The notes under the pieces are model-generated. The model did no database searches, was not told the DNA's origin, and saw nothing but the letters and a program-made list of their open reading frames with translations. A DNA stretch of 24,796 bases, from contig JAYTAU010000343.1 in NCBI GenBank assembly GCA_043737375.1, forward strand, positions 1-24,796, given 5' to 3'. The position numbers and the translations under genes were made by a program. Shown one piece after another: positions 17,901 through 24,501 of this stretch (position 1 is the stretch's first letter; every line of letters begins with the position of its first letter). This stretch comes from Planctomycetia bacterium (GTDB lineage Bacteria; Planctomycetota; Planctomycetia; Pirellulales; JALHPA01).

Positions 17901-18588
17901 TCGCCGAGCCGACGTCCTGTTGAGGTTCGGTCGCAATCTTTGGCGACGGAATGCCGCGCAGTGCATTCCCCACGGAATCGGTTTCGTCACTGGTATCGGC
18001 GTTCGGGTCGACCGCCTCGCGGAAGATAAAGCTGATCCTCGCCGAGACATCGTCGTCGCCATGAATGTTGCGCAGCCGCAGGGCGTAATTCTGATTTTCA
18101 GGGGCAAAGCCGGCACGTTTGGTTCGCCCCTTACCGACGACATACAACTGCTCGCCGTCATTGATATTCTTCAGATTGACCCAAGCTTCGAGGGTGATGG
18201 TATCGCCGTTGTCGAAATCCAACACGCTATCTGCGCCAGGATCGGTAATGCGAACGAAATCTCCTTTACCGTCGAACGCCGCAGCCAGATTGGCGGCATC
18301 GAAGTCAGGGTACTGAGTCGGACGGGGGCCAGGCCGATCCAGTGTCACGTTGCCCACCGCAGTGCCTGCAAGCAGCTTGGGCGGATTGGCGGACGGCGGG
18401 CTCTTGGCGGTGTTGGCGATCTGCTTGCCTTGCGTTTCGCTAAACCGCCAATGGGCGACCGGCTGATCTTTCATCACGGCGTCGGGGTAAGCGGCCACGA
18501 CCGACGATGTTGCAACGATGGTCAACGCAGCCGCGATTGCCGTTGTGAGCAACATTGCGCGGTAACGGCGTGTCCTAGATAACGTCAT
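14968..18588 (-). CDS. Secreted planctomycete protein: LamG-like domain + beta-sandwich + DUF1549 (PSCyt2) + DUF1553 (PSD1)
   Basis: Signal peptide after ATG 18588. LamG motifs (AHWRF, TITLEAWV, WHHIAVTY, LWIG, FDGLIDEVAVY). DUF1549 motifs (DYTFLRRVTLDTIG..PT, W.DVL, KPLD.FV.EL, CARCHD at 16210-16224). DUF1553 motifs (FA.VLVNRVW..YLG.GLV, PHPELL..L..DF...GYDMK.L.R.I..S..YQR, ED..WAL.NS.EF.F). Confidence 0.9.
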   Translation of the reverse strand: MTLSRTRRYRAMLLTTAIAAALTIVATSSVVAAYPDAVMKDQPVAHWRFSETQGKQIANTAKSPPSANPPKLLAGTAVGNVTLDRPGPRPTQYPDFDAANLAAAFDGKGDFVRITDPGADSVLDFDNGDTITLEAWVNLKNINDGEQLYVVGKGRTKRAGFAPENQNYALRLRNIHGDDDVSARISFIFREAVDPNADTSDETDSVGNALRGIPSPKIATEPQQDVGSATQDSSKATDKKTKSVNGNLSNVEDTRRWHRWTSDVGFLENSGWHHIAVTYKFGDGGSLRGYIDGVEVDGLWDMGGETDRAPVVDDDELWIGSSMAGSDTSSFDGLIDEVAVYRSTLTRSDIERHYRAVKTPPAAALPAIAVGPVSKHVTVDILEGIADGRNWEFTESEPTTRYQSAAFGLAGLPKKYNDKAILIDRAGPYLVRAGANLQLPAGEYRLLLRARGAARVQLDGLVIAQTKFRKAADNGHGDVPDLPSSKEPGLAFLPADNQEQMATIKLDGGPHAFRLETIVGDQKLRHELGELSLSISRNGESASNTGEPSFKLLAPTPSIALSESNWQTYVKAQRQQLQIADTAARRLADLNERRYWQQRHELARKHWADRKLDVPSSATANGGATDIDRFLAAKLNKKPHPAEPTELTDDYTFLRRVTLDTIGVVPTRDEVESLIADRSPDRRSKVVDRLLADPRWADHWTSYWQDVLAENPGILKPELNNTGAFRWWIHESLIDNKPLDRFVTELVMMEGSPTYGGPAGFGIASQNDAPMAEKAHVLAKAFLAVDLKCARCHDAPYHPFKQKDTFSVAAMLSRKTQTLPKTSTVPIVAGGRKPALSITLKPGDKIEPVWPFDQLTKHELPEGVLRNPDDTRELAAALLTSAENERFANVLVNRVWTRYLGWGLVDSVDDWTNIETPHPELLEFLSRDFVTHGYDMKQLARTIFLSQVYQRQVDGSAGSAVPIGPARRRMSAEQVLDSLFVAVDKSLNSEELTFDPAGRNPAKTFFSMGVPTRGWQFASLSNERDRPALSLPVAQSMLDVLTTFGWRESRQNPLSIRDDSPNVLQPLVLANGVVGTRVASLSEDSAITRLALKEQSVKAFVRDVYLQLLSRPPAADELQLFVGLLNEGYDRRRSNTTPTKFVIADRRNAVSWANHLSPDASRIKLELERAVRSGDPPSPQLQSEWRERAEDMVWALVNSPEFVFVP

Positions 18589-18991
18589 GGTTCGAACGTT
18601 CTTTCCGAATTTAGCCGCAAGCGATCGCACCCAGCGGACATCGCAAGAGATAATAAAGATAGCACGGCGGATGTCGTGACTTCATCAGATAAATAGCACA
18701 CTTCAGGCTAGATGAGCGCCTGACGCGGGTCAACGAAAATACAGTTTTTTATGAACCTGAGAGCAGCCGAAAATCGCCAGAGTTTGGGCGACGTTATCGT
18801 GATCGAAGATCTTTCGAAGCGCACCCAAGGTCTGCCGACCTTGGCATACGCGGATTTAATTAGGCGATTGCTAGCGTGCCTCAAACACGACCGCTGTTGC
18901 TCGAAAATGCGGGAAACCACGCGCCGCAGTCCCTTTCCACCGGCAAGAATGTGGCTATTATCGAACATAGTTCCTAGGGAGGGAATATTCG

Positions 18992-19270
18992 ATGCTCGAA
19001 CGTTTGCAATACCCGATCGCCTGCAGTTTGCTTTCGCTATGCAATGTGATCGGCTTTTTCTGCGCGGCGCGGTTCGCCGAGGCGATGGGTTTTGTCGGAG
19101 CCGACGGCGTGGCTTCGTTCGCGGTCAGTATCGGACTGCTGACCATGTTGTTGACCATGGCGCTGTTGGCCTGGTCGGCGATCGATCATTTTATGATCGA
19201 AGCCACTTCGCATTCGACGTTCAACGTGGCGTTGAACATGGGCTTTCTGTTTGCATTCATGGCAAACTAA
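18992..19270 (+). CDS. Hypothetical small membrane protein (92 aa, 2-3 TM segments)
   Basis: GGAGG Shine-Dalgarno about 8 nt before the ATG, mostly G/C third positions, and three hydrophobic stretches. No family recognised. Confidence 0.55.
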   Translation: MLERLQYPIACSLLSLCNVIGFFCAARFAEAMGFVGADGVASFAVSIGLLTMLLTMALLAWSAIDHFMIEATSHSTFNVALNMGFLFAFMAN

Positions 19271-19459
19271 GCGGCGCAGTTTGGCCAGCGTGCCAACGGC
19301 TCTGCTAGTATTCCCAAGATTGGTAAAGGTAGGGCCCCTAAGTTCGACTTTTGCACTTTTTTAGTCGCTGCCATTTTTTTCTTATAGCCGAAGCCAATCG
19401 AGGTACCAGCGTCGTTTCTAAACGGGCCGGTCGTTGCAAAATGGTCAGCCGCTACGCGG

Positions 19460-19561
19460 CTAATACAGCAATTGTTGCAGACGTTGATCAACCTTTGGTG
19501 CCCAAACAGGATCGCCCTCTACGGTGTAGCTCAGAGTATTGCTGTCGAGGCAGACAATCAT
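19460..19561 (-). pseudogene. Truncated VapC/PIN-domain toxin remnant (33 aa)
   Basis: MIVCLDSNTLSYTVEGDPVWAPKVDQRLQQLLY* resembles the PIN N-terminus (h-h-h-LD-[ST]-N...Y). Its ATG overlaps the upstream ORF's TGA (ATGA). Not listed in the ORF track. Confidence 0.6.
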
Positions 19562-19803
19562 GGCAAGTTCGAGTCACCTTCCGAACGTGATCGCCGGCGT
19601 CGGCATTCCTCCTTCAATCGAATGGCCGCTTCAATCTCATCGTCCATTTCATTTTCGCAGCGCACGCCTTTCGGCATCCCCTTCTGCAACCTGAGCGACC
19701 CGACCCCGCGCACACTGATTCGCTCGAATTTCGGACTGCAACCGCTGAACAGTTGCTTCCACGATCTCTCAAATTGCGAAGGCCAAAAGCATTCGTGCAA
19801 CAA
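19558..19803 (-). CDS. Putative (possibly degenerate) antitoxin-like ORF coupled to the PIN remnant
   Basis: ATGA overlap with the PIN remnant; charged C-terminus (MDDEIEAAIRLKEECRRRR); TGnTATAAT just upstream. True start is uncertain. Confidence 0.35.
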   Translation of the reverse strand: MLHECFWPSQFERSWKQLFSGCSPKFERISVRGVGSLRLQKGMPKGVRCENEMDDEIEAAIRLKEECRRRRSRSEGDSNLP

Positions 19804-19814
19804 ATAACTTGCCG

Positions 19815-19842
19815 ATTATAGCATACATGCGTACACTATACT
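19815..19842. promoter_or_regulatory. Candidate overlapping divergent promoters with a dyad
   Basis: Minus strand has TGcTATAAT (19823-19815, extended -10). Plus strand has TATACT (19837-19842). Dyad TATAG-ca-TAC-atgc-GTA-ca-CTATA at 19817-19840. Confidence 0.4.
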
Positions 19843-19881
19843 TCAAATCATCGAACGACGGCCGAAGATCCCAAGAGTCTC

Positions 19882-20982
19882 ATGCAGCCGAATCAGCCCA
19901 AAATCGTCGGTCGTGGGTCGCAAATCGATCCGCCCAATCGCTTCGAGCGGGTGCGGACCGTATCCGATCTGGAGCAGCTTGACCCAACCGAATTATCCGC
20001 GCTTGAAGCGGGAACGACCGACGATCGAAAGATTCCGACGCAATTCTTCCCCGATATCACGCGCTCGATCATCACCGAAAATGACAGCCCTGACATTGGC
20101 TTTCGCTTCAGCATCAATCCCTATCGTGGTTGCGAACACGGCTGTGCATATTGCTATGCCCGACCGGGGCACGAGTATCTCGGCCTGAGCGGCGGGCTGG
20201 ATTTCGAAACCAAAATTTTCGTCAAGCACGACGCGGCTGCTCTGTTGCGCGCCGAACTCAACCATCGCAAATGGCGCGGCGACGAAGCGATCTCGATCTC
20301 GGGCGTGACCGATTGTTATCAACCGGCCGAGCGCGAATACAAACTCACGCGCGGCCTGCTCGACGTTTGTCTCGAAGCGCGGCAAGCCGTCGGCATCATC
20401 AGTAAGAATGCGCTGGTGACTCGCGACATTGATTTGTTATCACAACTAGCCAAGTTGCGGCTCGTGCATGTGTTCCTCAGTGTGACGACTTTGGATGCCG
20501 ATCTGGCGCGGACCCTGGAACCGCGAACCTCGCCGCCCGTTCGCCGACTGGCCGCGGTTCGCCAATTGACCGACGCGGGCGTACCGGTCGGTGTGATGAT
20601 GGCCCCGATCGTGCCGGGCCTGACCGATACGGAAATCCCCGCCGTGCTGAAAGCCGCCGGCGCAGCGGGCGCAATCACCGCCGGTTGGACGATGTTGCGA
20701 CTGCCCTATGCGGTGCGGCCGGTGTTCGAGAACTGGCTGACGTACCATCAGCCCGACCATGCCGAGCGCGTGCTGGGCAAAATTCGCGCAATGCGCGGCG
20801 GCAAGCTGAACGACAGCGAGTTCGGCCGCCGCATGGTGGGTGAAGGCCACTATGCTGAGAACATTCAACGCACGTTCGCGGTGTTCAAAAAAAAGTTCGG
20901 TCTCGGCGGTCGCATGCCGCAACACGATTTCAGTCTGTTTCAACCGCCGCGCTCGTCGAGCGGTCAGTTGCGGATGTTCTAA
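19882..20982 (+). CDS. PA0069/Rv2578c-family radical SAM protein (spore photoproduct lyase-related)
   Basis: SINPYRGCEHGCAYCYAR (CxxxCxxC), DFETKIFVK, TDCYQPAER.YKLTR.LL, LEPRTSPP.RRL.A...L..AGVP.GVM.AP..PGLTD, C-terminal QLRMF. Confidence 0.92.
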   Translation: MQPNQPKIVGRGSQIDPPNRFERVRTVSDLEQLDPTELSALEAGTTDDRKIPTQFFPDITRSIITENDSPDIGFRFSINPYRGCEHGCAYCYARPGHEYLGLSGGLDFETKIFVKHDAAALLRAELNHRKWRGDEAISISGVTDCYQPAEREYKLTRGLLDVCLEARQAVGIISKNALVTRDIDLLSQLAKLRLVHVFLSVTTLDADLARTLEPRTSPPVRRLAAVRQLTDAGVPVGVMMAPIVPGLTDTEIPAVLKAAGAAGAITAGWTMLRLPYAVRPVFENWLTYHQPDHAERVLGKIRAMRGGKLNDSEFGRRMVGEGHYAENIQRTFAVFKKKFGLGGRMPQHDFSLFQPPRSSSGQLRMF

Positions 20983-20985
20983 AGC

Positions 20986-21118
20986 GAGACTAGGGGCTTG
21001 AGACTGGAGGCTTGAGAAAGTCCCTTCGTTGCTATCGATCCCGTATAATGCTGCGTCAGGTAAAATTCTGCGCAGCTTTGGGTTCATACCAAACTCCGCA
21101 TTCCGCATTCCCCATTCG
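20986..21118. repeat. 7-mer tandem arrays between the radical SAM gene and rarA
   Basis: GAGACTA-GGGGCTT-GAGACTG-GAGGCTT-GAG (20986-21016) and TCCGCAT-TCCGCAT-TCCCCAT-TCG (21095-21118). Confidence 0.7.
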
Positions 21119-21123
21119 ACCTC

Positions 21124-22464
21124 ATGTCGCTCTTCGCCGCTTCCGAATCCGCCAATCGCAGTCGCGCTCAGCCGCTCGCGGCGCGAATGCGGCCGCGAAA
21201 CTTATCCGAGTTTGCCGGGCAACAGCATTTCCTGGGCGAAGGTAAATTGCTCCGCAGATTGCTCGCGGCCGATCGCTTGGGCTCGGTCATTTTCTACGGT
21301 CCGCCGGGCACTGGCAAGACGACGCTCGCTCAGTTACTCGCTACCGAAAGTCGCAGCGTTTTTCGACAACTCAGCGCCGTGACCAGCGGCGTCAAGGAAC
21401 TGCGCGAAACTCTCGAAGGCGCTCGCGACCGGCTGAGCGTCGAATCGCAAAAGACACTGCTGTTCATCGACGAAATCCATCGCTTCAACAAGTCGCAGCA
21501 AGACGCACTACTGCCCGATGTCGAAGAAGGCATCGTCACGCTGGTCGGGGCGACGACCGCCAATCCATTCTTCGCGGTGAATAGCGCGCTGATCAGCCGC
21601 AGCCGGGTGTTCGAATTCAAGCCGCTGTCGATCGACGACATCAAGTCGGTGATGCAACGCGCTCTGGCCGACAAAGAACACGGCCTGGGCCGCGAGCAAG
21701 TACATCTGCATGACGATGCGCTCGAGTTCTTGGCCAAGGTCAGCGATGGCGATGCACGGCGTGCGCTCGGCGCGCTCGAAATCGGCGTGCTCAGTAGCAA
21801 TCAGCGGCCGTTGGAATTCACGCGCGAGCTGGCCGCCGAGAGCGTGCAACGCAAGGCTGTGACGTACGACAAATTGGGCGATGCACATTACGACTCGGCC
21901 AGCGCGCTAATCAAAAGCATTCGCGGTAGCGACCCTGACGCGGCGTTGTACTGGCTGGCCCGAATGCTCGAAGGGGGCGAAGAAGTGCGCTTTCTGACGC
22001 GCCGGCTGGTGATTCTGGCGAGCGAGGATGTCGGCAATGCCGATCCGCACGCGCTGCCGTTGGCCGTCGCGGCAATGCAGGCTTGCGAGTTTGTCGGCCT
22101 GCCGGAATGCCAACTGACGCTGTCGCAAGCGGTCACCTATCTCGCGTGCGCTCCGAAGAGCAACGCTGCGACCATTGCAATTGGCGAAGCGCAAGCCGAT
22201 GTGCGCGAAGGTCGTCTGCTGCCCGTGCCGGTACATTTGCAAGATAAGCATTATCAGGGTGCCAAGCGGTTGGGGCACGGCGCGGGTTATGAATACGCCC
22301 ACGATGCGCCGGATGCCGTCGCTGGGCAAGACTACCTGGGCGTCGACCGCGAGTACTATCGCCCTGTCGATCGCGGGTTCGAGAAAGAGCTGGCCGCACG
22401 GTTGGAAAAAGTGCGGGCGGTACTCAGAACTTCGCGCGAGACAAATCTTCAACCAGACGAATGA
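21124..22464 (+). CDS. rarA: Replication-associated recombination protein A (RarA/MgsA AAA+ ATPase)
   Basis: PLAARMRP, Walker A GPPGTGKTT, LFIDEIHRFNKSQQDALLP, GATTANP.F....ALISR, HYD..SALIKSIRGSDPDAALYWLARML.GGE, ASEDVGNADP, LG.G.GY.YAHD. Confidence 0.97.
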   Translation: MSLFAASESANRSRAQPLAARMRPRNLSEFAGQQHFLGEGKLLRRLLAADRLGSVIFYGPPGTGKTTLAQLLATESRSVFRQLSAVTSGVKELRETLEGARDRLSVESQKTLLFIDEIHRFNKSQQDALLPDVEEGIVTLVGATTANPFFAVNSALISRSRVFEFKPLSIDDIKSVMQRALADKEHGLGREQVHLHDDALEFLAKVSDGDARRALGALEIGVLSSNQRPLEFTRELAAESVQRKAVTYDKLGDAHYDSASALIKSIRGSDPDAALYWLARMLEGGEEVRFLTRRLVILASEDVGNADPHALPLAVAAMQACEFVGLPECQLTLSQAVTYLACAPKSNAATIAIGEAQADVREGRLLPVPVHLQDKHYQGAKRLGHGAGYEYAHDAPDAVAGQDYLGVDREYYRPVDRGFEKELAARLEKVRAVLRTSRETNLQPDE

Positions 22465-22697
22465 ACCACCGAGTCACAGAAGACACCGAGAGGCCACGGG
22501 ATCTGGGGACGGGGAGCTGGGAGTGGGGTCAGAAAGTTGCCTCGCGGATTAAAATGTGTTGGTTGACACTTTTTCATTCGCCTGCTTTCGTGTCCTTCGT
22601 GTGTTTCGTGGTTCACCTGCCTGATTCGCGTTCATTCGCATCCATTCGCGGCCAAATCCATTGCTTTTGTCTCCTCCGTATCACTGTGTCTCCGCGT
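22465..22697. repeat. rarA/rpiB convergent spacer: composite repeat cluster
   Basis: Left arm ACCACCGAGTCACAGAAGACACCGAG (22465-22490); imperfect right arm 22674-22697; solo TTTCGTGTCCTTCGTGTGTTTCGTGGTT (22586-22613, same family as 6187-6214); ATTCGCGTTCATTCGCATCCATTCGCGGC (22624-22652). Confidence 0.78.
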
Positions 22698-22734
22698 CCC
22701 CGGAGTGAGACGATTCTAATGAGGCGGCAAAAAC

Positions 22735-23193
22735 TTAAGCGGTCTTCTCCGCGTCGCTTTTCTCCAGGTCGCTGATTTTTTCGAGCCGCCGAGCATGACG
22801 GCCTCCTTCGAACTCGGTGCTGAGCCAAATCTCGACCATCCGATCGATCAGCTTTTCTCCCAGCATGTCGGCCGACAAGCAAAGAATGTTCAAGTCGTTG
22901 TGTCGACGGCTCATTTCGGCGGTCAGGTCGTCGTGGCACGGCGCAGCGCGGACGCCGGGAAATTTGTTCGCGGCGATGCTCATGCCGATGCCGGTGCCAC
23001 AAATTAGAATGCCGCGATCGACTTCGCCATGACTGACTTTGCTGCCCACAATGGCAGCCACGTCGGGGTAGTCGATGCTGCCGCCGCCGTTGGATCCTTC
23101 ATCGCACACGTCGTGCCCTAACCGGCGCGCCAAATCGATGATCTTCGACTTGACGGCGGTGCCACGATGATCACTGCCAACCATGATTCGCAT
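22735..23193 (-). CDS. rpiB: Ribose-5-phosphate isomerase B
   Basis: MRIMVGSDHRG, DYPD, GILICGTGIGMSIAANKFPGVRAA, RRHN..N.LCL, FEGGRH.RRLEKI; start ATG at 23193. Confidence 0.96.
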   Translation of the reverse strand: MRIMVGSDHRGTAVKSKIIDLARRLGHDVCDEGSNGGGSIDYPDVAAIVGSKVSHGEVDRGILICGTGIGMSIAANKFPGVRAAPCHDDLTAEMSRRHNDLNILCLSADMLGEKLIDRMVEIWLSTEFEGGRHARRLEKISDLEKSDAEKTA

Positions 23194-23379
23194 AAATACC
23201 TCGGGGCCGCTTCGGCCACTAACCACTTTTTGTAAAACCGCGACCACTGGTCGCGTTAAAAACGATTCAGACACTCAATTTGCAATCACCGACGAAATCG
23301 TTACAACGCTGCGGTTCGAAGTCTCCAAAAAAAATCTCGGTCATGTCCACGCAAGGTCGTGGGCATGGCACTCGACCTT

Positions 23380-24501
23380 CTACAACTCCAAATTCCGCAG
23401 ACGCGACTCCAGCTCGATCTTCAATTGTTCGGCACAGCGTTGATACTGTTCCAACGGTCCGCCGATCGGGTCGGCGATGTCGCGCATATCCATGCACATC
23501 AGTTCGCAGCGACGCGACGCCTCGGGCCATTGATTCAAAATGGCTTGCCGGTGCGAACGGGTCATTGTCCAGATCATATCAGCGTGCCGTACCAATTGCG
23601 CGGTCAACGGTTGGCTTTCGTGTTGCGACAAATCGATGTTCATCGCCTGCATGGTGTTCACCGCCTCGGCGGCCGGACGGCCACCCATGCCGGCCGAAAT
23701 TCCTGCCGACATGATCATGATGCCGCGATCTTCGAGCTCTTCCGGTTTGCATTGAAACCGATCGGCCAGCAGCTTCCGGCACAGAACCTCGGCCATGGGG
23801 CTGCGACAGGTATTGCCGGTGCAAACGAATAAAATCAAAAAACTCGACAACCGCTTGAGAGTGTGTTCCGAAACCACGCCGGCCCGCAGCACTTCCAAAT
23901 TGTTGTCGTCGACCCGCACGACCGACGAGGTTTGGCCAAACCGGCTGCGTCCGTCGTCGAGTACCAAATTTACGTCGTCGCCCAGCGCACGCACGACATC
24001 TTGTGCGGTCAGCGACTCGGGTTGGCCCGTCCGATTGGCGCTGGTAATGGCCACGGGACCGGCCAACATCCTCAGCACGTCAAGAAACACCTGATGGCCG
24101 GGCACACGCAACCCCAGCGTTCCGTCGGGCGAGATCGCTTTGCGGACCGTGGCCGGCAAACGTGTGATCAGGCTGTCGGGATGATTGTCGGGGCAAACCA
24201 AAGTCACCGGTCCCGGCCAACATCGTCGCGCCAATCGGAGTGCAAGGGGGCTCATCCGGGGAATATAGTCGAGCGCGTCGTCAGCGCTTTTGATCGCCAA
24301 TGTCAGCGGACCGGCGGTGCGATGTTTGGCAGCCAGTAATTTTCGAACGGCGTCGGCATTTAGCGCGCTGGCGGCCAAGGCGTAAACGGTTTCGGTCGGA
24401 AACACGACCAACTTGCCTTCGGCCAGCGATTGAACCGCACGATGCACAACATCGCGAGAATCTTCGGCGCTCCGAATATCGATCACCAAAGGTGACGCCA
24501 T
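23380..24501 (-). CDS. tsaC: Fusion: L-threonylcarbamoyladenylate synthase (TsaC/YrdC/Sua5 domain) + low-molecular-weight phosphatase (YwlE/LMW-PTP-like)
   Basis: N-terminal domain VFPTETVYAL, KHR...PL, WPGPVTLV, GLRVPGH, SANRTG. C-terminal domain ILFVCTGNTCRSPMAE, SAG, AD.I..MT..H, DIADPIGG...Y..CA..L. Start ATG 24501 (or 24522). Confidence 0.9.
   Translation of the reverse strand: MASPLVIDIRSAEDSRDVVHRAVQSLAEGKLVVFPTETVYALAASALNADAVRKLLAAKHRTAGPLTLAIKSADDALDYIPRMSPLALRLARRCWPGPVTLVCPDNHPDSLITRLPATVRKAISPDGTLGLRVPGHQVFLDVLRMLAGPVAITSANRTGQPESLTAQDVVRALGDDVNLVLDDGRSRFGQTSSVVRVDDNNLEVLRAGVVSEHTLKRLSSFLILFVCTGNTCRSPMAEVLCRKLLADRFQCKPEELEDRGIMIMSAGISAGMGGRPAAEAVNTMQAMNIDLSQHESQPLTAQLVRHADMIWTMTRSHRQAILNQWPEASRRCELMCMDMRDIADPIGGPLEQYQRCAEQLKIELESRLRNLEL

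Noticed and set aside
14968-18588. N-terminal planctomycete cytochrome c (PSCyt1) domain
   Set aside because: No N-terminal CxxCH; the only CxxCH I found is the one within DUF1549.
18787-18905. GDVIVIEDLSK... in ORF 18751-19308, reminiscent of a TnpB RuvC-II or ABC ATPase segment
   Set aside because: Only a short motif; no other TnpB motifs (RuvC-I, zinc finger) or Walker motifs. An HMM search would be needed to revive it.
21044-21049. TATAAT upstream of rarA as a promoter
   Set aside because: No -35 at suitable spacing and no extended -10; too weak to call.
319-22697. CRISPR array interpretation of the repeats
   Set aside because: No regularly spaced identical direct repeats with unique spacers, and no cas genes.
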